From positions 124,001 to 187,851 of the forward strand of contig NOWV01000149.1 in the NCBI GenBank assembly GCA_003344405.1: a DNA stretch of 63,851 bases, read 5' to 3'. Numbering within the stretch: position 1 is the first letter of the stretch; each line of letters opens with the position of its first letter. The stretch is from Trichoplax sp. H2 (taxonomy: Eukaryota). Made by a program: the position numbers and the translations under genes. Below, piece after piece: positions 1-11,706 of the stretch. The notes under the pieces are model-generated. The model searched no databases. It saw only the letters and a list, made by a program, of their open reading frames with translations, and was not told the DNA's origin.

Positions 1-1446
1 CTTTATCTAATGTTTCTGTCTCTCTTTTTAAGTTAACAATATCAATTGAGGGTATGCTGGGTGTATTTTCGCAAATAGAAAAGAATGACTAGAGATTCCT
101 TTAAATTGGATAGATTGTAATATGCCATTGAATTAATGATGATTTAATGTTAGATTTTCAAGTCTTGAACAATATATTGCATTACAGTTTGATATACGAC
201 CTAATGAATGTACTAATGCTAAAACAGCATCCATGAAAAATATTGAGTGAGCATCAATCTTGTAAAACTGATGGGAATATTGAGTTTTCCAACTGATGTC
301 AAGTCCGTAATTTGCAATAAAGCTGACATTATTAAAAACCAATTTTTATGAATATTTGACGCCATGCTTTTGTAAACCAAATATTTTGAATGTAATTCCA
401 TAAATCGAGTTCAATTAAAAAGGTTTTGTATTTGTGAATTTCATTTGAATTAAATGCAACAGCGAGAGCTCCTTCAAGTATATCAGCGCTTATAGAATAA
501 ATTGACCGTGATATTAATCATTCTACCAAGCCAATCCATGTTTTCCATCTAAATTTTGACTTTCGGCTTGTTTCAATAACTAGTATAAATAATGTGTATT
601 GCCAAGAAGTAAGACGATTGGTGATTGAGATTGATTTTGTAGTTTCACTATAATACATTTTATATCTGAATGTTTAGATTTATCTCGAATAAAGAATATT
701 TGATTGGAGCATAAATGATTTTGTTGTAAAACTAACTTAGTTTCATGGATGTTATTTTTAGTAACTGTATCGCCAGCAACGGCGATTGTAATCCAATTCT
801 ATTTGAAATAGTTTATAACTTCGGGCAAGACATACCTATCAAAGTAGTCGGGAATTGAGGTACGATAAAGATACAGATCACAATTGAACTTGGTACCACT
901 AATATAATTATTGGATATTTACGGAATTTTTAATAAATTCGTACAATTTGCAATGGAAAGGGTAGTATTTAGTGACTATGCGCCAATAATCGAAATTATG
1001 GATGGATTAATGATTAGACTTTAAATGACGAAAATACTTGAATATGTCGATGTTTTATTATCAATATAGCATTGATGATTAAATAATATTGCGGATGATT
1101 GATAACGGTAAACTTGTAAAAATTGAGTAAAGAAGAATTTAAGGTGATGTTAAAAGATGAAGATGAATCAATTAATGTCCTTTCGATATTCATATCGAGC
1201 AGTAGATGTGTATTTTGATTACTAATAGATCGATGGCATAAATTGCTGCCTGTGCTAGTTGAATATCTTTCTAGATAAACTTGATGGAGTGATTAGAATT
1301 GCCAGATTGCTGCATAGAATTGAGCATGACATTAGGAAAATTATAGGAATCTGGAATTTTTCGGTGCTATTGTAAATTGGTTGTTCTGGAGCGCTCATCA
1401 TAAATCCAAACTTATCTCTTTGACAAAATATAGTCTGTAAATTCAT
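1..1446 (-). pseudogene. Class C GPCR pseudogene, N-terminal (Venus flytrap) part; runs off left edge
   Basis: Collinear fragments in shifting frames match the intact paralogs: KFQIPIIF (~1335-1360), IQLAQAAIYAID (~1229-1265), TLIDS (~1165-1180), YLYRTSIP (~850-875), NWITIAVAG (~773-800), SIFFMDAVLALVHSLG (ORF 133..342). Many stops and frameshifts. Confidence 0.85.
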
Positions 1447-2449
1447 AGTGTAATTCTTTTACTTATAGCAAGCACTGTGATTTGATGGTGAGCTTGATAA
1501 TGCTGTAGCTTATTAATTTATGGTGCTAGAAAGAAATTTTGTACCCGGTAAGATTGTTACTGGAGAGAAAAAATTAAAAAGTATTCACTTCTTTAGTTTA
1601 AAATTTAGTATTAACTCGTACACAGATTATGAAAATTTTCTATATATCATCGTTACCTACTCATTATTTAAAAGAAGGGAAGAAAATTATATTCATAACA
1701 CATTTCATGAACTAAATTTATAAAACCGTCTGATTGCAAGAGCATTGCAGTACTCTAGCTAAATATCATTTTTAAAGCAGTCCAAAAATAAATTAACACT
1801 AAATCATTAAGCAAAACTACCTAAGCGTGGTCATACCACTCACTAATTGGGAATAAGGAGGAATAAGATAATTACTATTCATATATTTTTTATCAATAGC
1901 ATTGATAGCTTCGTAGCTCATAATTACCGGCCATTGTAAATGATGATACCTTACGTATAACGTACCATTGGAATAAAGTTAATTACTAATTACCGTACAT
2001 TTTAGGCCTTATAAAGAATATATATTGTATAAGTAGCCAGATGGCTGTAAGGATTGATAATAGTAGGATGTATCTAGTATTTATGATTCGTAATAGACTG
2101 TTAGGATAAAAATGATTAAACATCTTAACTATCGACGTACGAACATTTTCTATCTCTATGCTATCTACTTATCGTAACGGCAGTCTACTAAAAGACTGGA
2201 AACGTATTTTCCTACGGAGGTTACCGGAATGTGAGGCAACTACGGTACTTTACTTAGTAGTCGGTTTTGGTTGAGCTCATAGAGATAGCAGTTAATAATA
2301 TATACGAAATGCAAAATAAACCAGACTGATTTTAAGATTCTAGCCTTTGTAGAAAGTAATAATTACCTACGATACTTTATTAAGAACAAATTTCAATTCA
2401 ATAAAGGATTTCCTGTAGTAAATTAGCCCACAACACGAAATAGTAGAAG

Positions 2450-3780
2450 CATACTAGTGATACAAATCCAATCTGGTTGGCTGATATAACTCTGATTGGA
2501 AATTACATTAGCATTATTTTCTGCATGATACGTAATAATACGGATCCCTACTTAAAAGTTCTTATTACGAAAGTATAATATTCCGTATTATGCTATTAGA
2601 GAATCTCGCATCAAGGTGAATAAAGCAGACTAATCGAAGATATAGCTATTATCTATACGATGACTTAGATAATAGCATAACTTCATTGATCAATATTCTG
2701 ATAGCACGGATTTCTTAATAGCAAGCAACGTCTGGTAATGTTGCTACATGCGGCCGTATATAATATCATTGATGTAAAACATAGACTAGACCTTAAATTT
2801 GCTTAAGGATATCATCACGACTTAAAGGAAAATAAGATTCATCTCGTAGTATTGGATCAATTTACACATTATTGATAATATATTTATAGCAATACCGTAA
2901 ATGATGGTAATAAAAATGTTACAATATCATAAATATCGCTATCGCAACACCAGTTCGAAGAAAATAGCAGTAAAATCAACCTTATTACTGATAATAGATA
3001 TTCAAATTAGGTAGATCTCCTATTAATTTTCGATGGGAGAATTATAAGTTAATTATACAGTTATTAGGATCTAGTAAGAAAAAAGGATTTATTTGAAGAC
3101 ACTGCAAACTACCCTTGTGACCAAGGGCTGAATTTAAGCATTATTAGCTACCTTTGTAAATTACTAATGTATCTTTTAGCGCAAAAATCAAAATTTGCAT
3201 TATTTGCAAATCTATTCCTTACAATAACGGAGCTATGTTGCAGTTTTTCGAAATAACCTTAACAATTATCTCTCAAGTACTCCAGATAGTCAACATAATA
3301 ATTACGAAATAACTCAAGAACTCTTTATTAATAATCAATAGACCTCGCTGAGTTATCTGTTGAAATAAGAACTAGAACTGTTAACCATAGATGCAGCCTA
3401 TTTATACGATCTCATAAGTAGGAGAATGCTAAGTGATGATCGGTTCAGGGCAAGTCTAATCTCGTTCATCTAATATCAGCAGCGATTTGAGATAAATAAC
3501 TTGTACTAACAATAATCAATTGCTATTCAGATATTTCCGTTCCATTTTTAAAGATTTCCTTATTCAAAATGCAGATATTATATGGTGTATCAATTTAATC
3601 GCAGTTTGAAAGGTTGTAGTAGTACACAATTATGGCTTATAATTTCTGATTGTGAAGCCAATTATTTTATGAACGCTAGTGTTCCATACCTAAATCTTTT
3701 ATATTGCATTCTTCGTTATTTTCAATGATCGTCTTTTGTTAACTTAGACAATCTTACTGAAATTATTTGCACTTTTAAAA
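2450..3780 (+). pseudogene. Decayed leucine-rich-repeat coding relic
   Basis: Scattered LRR-like peptides read by eye: DITLIGNYISII (2483), NKIHLVVLDQF (~2831), QGKSNLVHLI (~3446), SFVNLDNLTEI (3732). No long ORF. Confidence 0.4.
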
Positions 3781-4163
3781 TAAAATATCGTGAAATATTT
3801 GTTTATGAGCTAGACCCATTACTCTATTTAGGATAGATAATAATAATAAGTAATTTGAATTCTTATTCCTATAATACATAAAGTGATCATGTATAGCTTA
3901 TCTTTGACGCAAGAATTTCCAATTAATATTATAATTGAAATAGTCTAACTTAGAAAGATCACATTTATTGAACTATTAACTGTCTAAAAATCTTAAATGA
4001 TATAGCGCTTCCTATCTTCATAATTAGAATAGGCAGCTAAGACCTTGATTTTACTTAGGGATTTAATTAAGTATTTACGCCAAATCATCCTAGTTGCAAC
4101 CTTACTACTATAAGATTGATTGATACCCAGCATACAATATCGGAAATATGATAGAGATTTTAC

Positions 4164-6932
4164 TTATTCGTAGCAGTCACTGTCTTTTGAAATATTGACA
4201 ACAGCAATTGGTTCTGGATGCACTTGTGTTGTATTCGATCTGCGTTCTAATAATGTTGTCATAGTTCCTGAGCTAGAGCTTGACGTAAAGAATCCATTAG
4301 ATTTTGTAGACTTACCAGAACTATGAAAGGAATAATTAGTTATACTGGACATGATTTGTTGCCGAGTATTCAATTCTGACTTATAAAAGATAATATAGAG
4401 CTTGGGAAGAAATAAACAAAGCAATGGCGAAGAACCGATGATTAAAGTAGTTATCCCTCTTACGCTATCAGCCACACTTCCGCTTACTATAAATGTAATA
4501 GGGAAGCAACAAATTCCTAAAACCACTATTAACAGCGATGATAGATAAATGTGTTTTGATTCATTGAAATTATCAGGTAATGAGCGTGCTTTAAATGCAA
4601 AGTAGACGCTAAGTAGTCCTAAAACAGCCATCCACGTTAATAAGTTGATATCGAAATAGAAATTGTCAACATGACATAATATTTCCACTTGGTTATCATA
4701 TGTGCGCTGCATTTTAATATTAATAGGTTTGGAAATAACTAAGCAAAGTAAAATTCCATTGACTACTAGTATAATGGTAAAAATAAAAGTAAATTGACTT
4801 CTATTCTTTGTTAAATGTGCCAGTTTTGCCCTCTTATTAACCGGATTGTGAAATATCGTAGAAACTTGATTTGTTTTACAAAGTATGGTTGCATAAACAC
4901 CTATAACAAATGTGGTTATCATAAATATCCGTGTATAACAAATGGCTATGGTTGGCTGGGCTAGGAATAGAAAAGAAGCTGGTACACCTAATGCGTGAAA
5001 AAATAGCAATAAGCTAGTGAGTTTAAAATTAGAACCTTTAACGATTGGAGTATTGCGCTTAATAATGATGACCGTCCATATGACGATTAAAAGGACAAAA
5101 TATATCGTTACTATGATAAAATAAATGATTTTCATCGGTCTTCCATATCGCGCTTGGACTAATGGCAATGGTACACACTGTGTATTATTATGATTTGGAT
5201 TGGTTAAATTTGGACACTGTGAGCAATAAAGAGAATTCATTTTATTCGTGATGCTATGCCCCTGACATTTCTTACAAGTCCAGCAGCAAGATAATTGACT
5301 CTGATGAATTTCTAAACCTTGATACATATGATAGCCGGGAAGGCAATCTGCGGAACATCGTGATACAGGTATTTGAGTCCAAGGCTTATTTCCATTCCAA
5401 ATGATTTTGTTGTCACTAATTAATAAGCCACTTTTCCTGTCCCATGAACCAATTACAACTGCTCTTATTCTACTGTGTCCTTTTACCAATATTCTTTGCA
5501 AATTGACAATATCAAGAAGTGAATCTGTGTTTCCATCTGATCTAAAAGTAAATGCATAGCTTGATTTGCTAGCGAAATGAACACGACCTAAAATATCGTT
5601 GAAAAGCTCTCTGTCCAGGCTAGATGTTTGCGTTAGTGAGCAATGAGTATAATTACAGCCTAATAAACTATGCAAAGCATGGCCGTAAGCCAAGACTGCA
5701 TCCATAACGAAGACTGCTTTAAAGCTTGGAGAATAGAATGAATTTCCCAACGATCTTTTCCATTCTCCATTTAATGTGCAATTGGCAACAGTTTTATCTA
5801 CATCTAAACCTAATTCTGTTAACTTTTTCCGCCATAATTTCATAAACCACGGGTTGCCTAAATTATTGCAGAAATTGAGTTGGTGTAAATATTCGTCAAA
5901 TCCTTTTATAGATTGACTATTGAAAGCAATACCAATAGCACCGCCAATAATGCGATAATCAATTTGTTGAATTTTTCTTGATGTTAGCCAAGTATAGGAA
6001 CCAATAAATGTTTTACCGGTCAAATTTTGAGCTTGTGCTTCCAATAAGAAGCTGTAGATAGTAGTTTCCTTGCCAAGAAGAACGATAGCTTGAGCTCGAG
6101 ACTGATATTTTAGTTTCGATACAACGTTAGCGATTGCTTCCAGAGTAGCATTGTTTCCTAGTCGATAGATTTCTTCGTAGCATATTAAATGTTTATTTTG
6201 AGCTTCACTTTTGCTAGATTGAATCATTTCGAAAGTTGATTTGTCTGTGAGAACAAAAGAAATCCAATTCCATTTAAAATAATTGATAATATCAAATATA
6301 TTTTTAATTTGAGTAGTAGAGGATATAGATGTGCGATAGAAATATGAAAACACTTTACGGTTATTTAATAATTTGTCAAAAGAAAAGTAACTAATCTGTG
6401 GTATCTTTAAACTGCTAGTCAATGCTGCCGTAGAAATGGTAATATCTTCATTTTTTGCACCGATTAAGCCAACTATAGGTGACGAATTTGTATAAGGACT
6501 AATTCTAGATTGCGTAACATTGTTGTCAGTAAACTCTAAATTACACCGCAACTGTGGGAAGTTTCGCCTCTCAGATAGTATTAAATTAGAGGCTACATTT
6601 TGTAAGACTACAGTACGATTTTCACAGGAATCGATGATTTTCCAGCCAATTTTAATGCCTGGTAATAAATAAGGATTGTTATTGATAAACTTATCAATAG
6701 CATAAATCATAGCTTGAGTCAACTGTACATTTTCCGGGTTTAAGTTATAGCATTGTCTGGTTAAAGGATCATATCGGCCGGAATTGGGAAAAATTCCCTG
6801 CAATAGAAATTGTCCTGATTTTGTGGCTACCATAGTTGCTGTAGTAGGCTTGAAGAGTGACAAGATTGCCAAATAGTGCAGTAACAGGCTAATGAGAATA
6901 GTAGTCATAGCACTAAAATACTGATATTTCAT
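4164..6932 (-). CDS. Class C GPCR (VFT + nine-Cys domain + 7TM), intronless, ~922 aa
   Basis: Single ORF with signal peptide, QAMIYAID, IDSC, PQISY, YFYRTS, WNWIS, NPWF, MDAV, nine-Cys CRD (SRCS..C..CCWTC..C), PIVKGSN, KTNQ, LPDNFNESKHI, FLPKLYII. First ATG is at 6932; the ORF track start at 6980 is TTG. Confidence 0.95.
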   Translation of the reverse strand: MKYQYFSAMTTILISLLLHYLAILSLFKPTTATMVATKSGQFLLQGIFPNSGRYDPLTRQCYNLNPENVQLTQAMIYAIDKFINNNPYLLPGIKIGWKIIDSCENRTVVLQNVASNLILSERRNFPQLRCNLEFTDNNVTQSRISPYTNSSPIVGLIGAKNEDITISTAALTSSLKIPQISYFSFDKLLNNRKVFSYFYRTSISSTTQIKNIFDIINYFKWNWISFVLTDKSTFEMIQSSKSEAQNKHLICYEEIYRLGNNATLEAIANVVSKLKYQSRAQAIVLLGKETTIYSFLLEAQAQNLTGKTFIGSYTWLTSRKIQQIDYRIIGGAIGIAFNSQSIKGFDEYLHQLNFCNNLGNPWFMKLWRKKLTELGLDVDKTVANCTLNGEWKRSLGNSFYSPSFKAVFVMDAVLAYGHALHSLLGCNYTHCSLTQTSSLDRELFNDILGRVHFASKSSYAFTFRSDGNTDSLLDIVNLQRILVKGHSRIRAVVIGSWDRKSGLLISDNKIIWNGNKPWTQIPVSRCSADCLPGYHMYQGLEIHQSQLSCCWTCKKCQGHSITNKMNSLYCSQCPNLTNPNHNNTQCVPLPLVQARYGRPMKIIYFIIVTIYFVLLIVIWTVIIIKRNTPIVKGSNFKLTSLLLFFHALGVPASFLFLAQPTIAICYTRIFMITTFVIGVYATILCKTNQVSTIFHNPVNKRAKLAHLTKNRSQFTFIFTIILVVNGILLCLVISKPINIKMQRTYDNQVEILCHVDNFYFDINLLTWMAVLGLLSVYFAFKARSLPDNFNESKHIYLSSLLIVVLGICCFPITFIVSGSVADSVRGITTLIIGSSPLLCLFLPKLYIIFYKSELNTRQQIMSSITNYSFHSSGKSTKSNGFFTSSSSSGTMTTLLERRSNTTQVHPEPIAVVNISKDSDCYE

Positions 6933-7549
6933 GGTTAAATTTCCACGGAAAAGTAAAATTATTTCGTTAAAATTGATCAATCGATCTTGTCCTTGTATTA
7001 ACCTCGGTTATAAATGACACTTTAATTTGAATAGCGGAAATAAAAATTCTCTTGCAAATTAATGGTTGATTTTTTACATAACTTGCCCAATAATTAACAC
7101 CTGCTCAAATAATTCAACACTTCTAATTCTAAATTGGTGTTAATGACAAAATTAATATTAACAAAGAAAACTTCGATAGTGGTGAACAGTATTTTTATAA
7201 CATTGTTATAATATAATGTGAAATAGTAACTAAACAGCTATTTAAGCTATCTTAATATTACTAAATCAATTTTTTTGACAACAACATGTTTTCTTAGCAT
7301 TATGAATCTGTATTTATCATTTATCAGGACTCTTATGCTTTCTGTATAACTTCGATTAACTATCACTTGTTCAAGTGTGCTCGTGCATAGGCATACGAAC
7401 TCTGAAATAATACATCAGCATCTGGTTTCAATTAGTATAGAACAATCACACAAAAAAAAGTAGTAAAAATTTAATTAGGAACTAAGTCATCAATCTACGT
7501 GATGCCATTTCGTTATGAAATAAATTTTGAATTTACCGGCACAAATTAA

Positions 7550-8050
7550 AAAGAGAGAGATATTTACATCGCAAATGTTGGAATATAAAATAAAATTCAA
7601 CAATCTGCAAATTTATCAAAAAATTATTGTGTAATAAGATATGCTATCCATTTGGTAATGTCAGCTGTGTCTTCTCAGTTTTAACTTTTCAATTCTATTG
7701 CCTTAACAATATCAGAATAAATAATTACTTTGATAATAGGTACAGATAATGTTCTTGGATGGAGACGATTTTTGAATTCTTTTATTGTAAATCATAGTTT
7801 GTAAGACTGGGAAATTGAATGACAGCGCAAACTAGGCAGTTTGTATAAACTTACATGAGTGTCTTCTGATTATAAGCAAATTAGAATGACAGTACCATCT
7901 CGATAGCTTATGAAAAAAGAGCGAATATCACCTGATTATAATCAAAAGAGCTTATTGTAACAACTACACCAATGCCCATACAAGAATAATAGAACATAGA
8001 AATTCTAAGTTTCATATACTCTAATATATTCGCTTCAATGCATGCAGCTA
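7550..8050 (-). pseudogene. Decayed rhodopsin-type (LGR-like) 7TM relic, TM6-TM7
   Basis: Minus-strand fragments in correct order: NIIC/VPIIKVIIYS (~7714-7753, CWxP-like with frameshift), DITKWIAYLI (~7633-7662), LLNFILYS (~7579-7602, NPxxY-like). Confidence 0.4.
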
Positions 8051-9240
8051 GAAAGGGAATCGAATGCAAATAGAGCAAATTTTTTTTAGCTAAAATTCAT
8101 ATAAAATTATAAGAACAAAGCGTCACGTAATTAGTTTCGTGGCACGGATCTTGCAAGTGCTTACTGTACAGAATAAGGAAATAATCATTTATAAGGCCAA
8201 TAAACCATGTTGCACTTTCAATTATAGCTAAATCTATTTGTTAATATAGTTAACAGAGTTAATGGTATTCTAGATTTTATTATGCTTCATTTGTCAGTAA
8301 AACGTTGAAGTACGGTATTATCCTACAATTAATAGTTATAGAACTCCAGTGAACGTTGTACAATTGCCTTTAGGATAGAAAAGATTAAGCCAATAACTTA
8401 AGTATTAGAAACTTTACTTAAATGCGAAAATACCATTCATGATTTCTCTAAAGAATTGAATTCTCTTGAGGATCTATCAGGTTTCTATTACTATCCAAAT
8501 TATTAAAGTCTCAGTCAAGAATTATAATTCGATCTATAGCTTTGATGTTAAGAAAGGTTTGTGCTATCAGTGACCTAAACTAATTATGTGTATAGAAAGT
8601 AATATAGGATATATACAAACAGTAATGGACAGAGCAGAAAATCCATTTACATGCTAGCAATTATTCCAATGACTGAATAGCCGAAAAATTATAAATACTT
8701 ACTACATTTTATTATCGTATTTAGTAATATTATTTTACCTGAACTTAATGAAGCACAAATTATAACTTAACTTATCTTAGTCTGTTTTAGCGACTACGGT
8801 ATCAAAGAAGCTTTTATAAAATATCCACAAATAGACATCATTTGTACAGACCTGCTAATAACGTTCTGACACCTTAAAAAGCCAATTTAATATAGCTATC
8901 TATCAAGGATCATTTTTCACATTCATTTTGAAGATATTTTCAGAAGATATAAGTCTATTTTTAAGTAGCAATTTGAATGTTGTGTATGATGTTCATGTAC
9001 AGCGTAATGTAATATTCTATTAATAAAAGGCCAAATAATTTCTGTTGTTTATCTACTAGATAATGTAGTTTCATCTCAAGGTTGCAAAGTTTTATACTTA
9101 TATATGCAAATTTCAATACAGCCACAAAACTGAGCTTACAAATAATGTAAATTAGATTGAATTGACTTAATGATTAAAATTGTTTTTAAAAATTGCGGAG
9201 AAAGTTTCCTAAATTTTCCTTTCTTCAATGCAGAATAAGA

Positions 9241-10034
9241 AGTAAGAATTCATAACATGGCATACAATTTCGATGCTCTTATCTTGAGTTCGCTGTCTCT
9301 CGATTGTAACGGGATTAATCATGATAAGGCAAAATAAAATTTCATTAACCATGGAATCAATACATGCTATAAAAATGAACTAAGTTCCCTTTAGAATCAA
9401 AGCCGTCAGCTTGACTTGATACACCCTTAAAACGAATATGACATAAAATAGCGTTAAATTTGTTTTTATTTAACTTATTAGTTATTAATGATGGACAATG
9501 AGTAGGATTGTAACCCAACGCTTTATGCAGTGCATGACCGAAAGCTATAACTGCATCCATAACAAATACTGCCTCATAGATGGGAGAATAAAATTTGTTA
9601 CTAAATTGTGTTTTTAAAGAACTATCCAGCGTACAATTAGCCGTAATCATATCAGCATTTAAATCCAATTCTGATAATTTTTGACGCCATAATTGCATGA
9701 ACCGTGGGTTATCCAAATTATTGCAAAAATTAAGTCGGTCTAAATAGTCCCGGAAGCCTTCTAATGACCTACTACTAAAAGCAATTCCAATTACAGCGCC
9801 GAAAATGCGATAATCAATTTCTTGAATTCTTGGTGATGAAAGCCAGGTATAGGAACCAATGAAAGTATTGCCGGTTAAATTATCAGCTTGTGCTACAAGA
9901 AAAAAGCGGTAAATAGTATTTTCATTACCTAGAAGAATTGCTTTAGAGTGAGCGTTACGTTTTAATTTTAACACAACGCCAGTAATTGCTTCCTCAGTAT
10001 TGTTTTAGTCAAGCTCATTTATTCCTTTATCACG
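9241..10034 (-). pseudogene. Class C GPCR pseudogene fragment with internal deletion
   Basis: ORF 9357..9974 matches the middle VFT of the 4164..6932 gene (FIGSYTWL, NFCNNLDNPRF, AVFVMDAV). It abuts MVNEILFCLIMINPVTIERQRTQDKSIEIVCHVMNSY (9241-9353), which is TM4/ECL2. Both ends of the gene are missing. Confidence 0.9.
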
Positions 10035-10699
10035 TAACAATCAAAGGCTCAGTACAAAGCAACAGAAATTACTATTGTGTGAATATTAGTTATCACCTCT
10101 GTAAATACATTGCTCTGCACAGAGTCTACAACAAGTATAACTAGACTACTAACAATGTTACAATTATCCCCATACCTAATAAATAAATGTTATTAACAAG
10201 TAATAAAATCTTAATTACTAATTACTAAGGCTAATGCTACAATTAATTGACGGAGTTTTTACTCCGTCACAGTAAGTTATAATCTTTCGCAAATTTGCTG
10301 CAAGCCTGATTACAGAAGTAGCTAACAACTTTAAAAAAATAACTACGCAGTCACGATTCGGTAATACAAGGAATAGAAAGGAATACATGGAATAAGTGAA
10401 AGGTATAGACAATAATAACTATACAATTTAGAGCACTTTTAACAATTATCAAATGAGAACGAAAACAGAACAAGTAAAATGTTTTAATCATATAGTACAT
10501 GTACACTGCTACACAGTTTTTGGAAATAATCATCAATTAATTAATATAATAATGCTGCTGCTCTTAGATATCGGCATATTCTTGAATTGGATTTTTAATG
10601 AGCTAAAATTATAAATCGTACTCATAAGTTAACGGTTACTTCGTATTATATTGTCTAGTTGAAGTTGTTAATAATATACGACAGAAATATTGCATCAAG

Positions 10700-11500
10700 A
10701 GACTTGATGTTCTCTTTAAAAGCACAATCATTAATTAGTGAAACAATTCCTAAGTTAAAAGACTGGATCTCTGAAACAAATTTTAAATTCAATTTTATTT
10801 TCTCTAAGAAGCAATTATAAGCCTTCAATAAAATAAATTCACGTTTCAGATAGTACATCTATAACATAATAAGAATAAATGCTATGTTTAGTCTTCTAGG
10901 TAAGTGAGCATACTTGCGTTTATCAAATTGATTTCGTACACTCATATAAGTCTTTAACCTTTACCTAGTAGTTAGAGCCTTGAAATAAATAGCTAGTACG
11001 TCAAGCTGGCTTCAATGGCAACTGTACGCTATGAGGAAAATTCTTACCGAATTGGAATTGATTAAATGATATAACACTGTCTTACAAGCATATTACATTA
11101 CAAATTTCATATTCTTTAAATGTGAACAGTAAATTATTAAATGATAATTTTCAGCTTAAGGGATAATTAATTGTCGATCCTTCGCTAAACTGAAGGAATT
11201 GCGGTTTGCTTATGGGATGATGAACGCAATTTCCGCTATACATACTTCATTGTTTCAAAATGAGCTTTCGCTATTGCTATTTAGCTTCATTAATGTGCAT
11301 TTACAAGAATATTAATTAATTCAGTTTTGGTTACAGTAGCATATTTATTTAAGTATCAATCTGCATAACACCTATATATTAGAAGTTAATGATAAAATGT
11401 TTACCTCAATACTTCGTTGTGGTATGTAATTCCTTGCCATGTATTAATTATCGGCCATTTACTTTATTTGTAAGAAAATTATCCCACTCATTGGTTGGAG
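10700..11500 (+). pseudogene. Decayed LRR coding relic (best preserved in window)
   Basis: 11163-11315 reads IINCRSFAKLKELRFAYGMMNAISAIHTSLFQNELSLLLFSFINVHLQEY*, with F and L recurring at a 24-aa period. From 11349: LSINLHNTYILEVNDKMFTSILRCGM*FLAMY*LSAI. Confidence 0.6.
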
Positions 11501-11706
11501 TGATCTGCTATTCGTAAAATTTTAATATTATTAAGATAAAAAACGGAATGGGTAAGGATTATAGAAATTGCAGCTCAAACTTTAGCTCTACAGAACTTTT
11601 CAGAAAATTTCTAGCTAATCTTCTTTAATAACGGTAGAAGAGTTTCGAAAACGTCAGAATAATGTATAGATAATGGTCGAGTTATGATTTGATGACGAGA
11701 AAATTG

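Noticed and set aside
6933-6980. TTG-initiated N-terminal extensions in the ORF track (also 35393..35428)
   Set aside because: Eukaryotic context; downstream ATGs precede plausible signal peptides.
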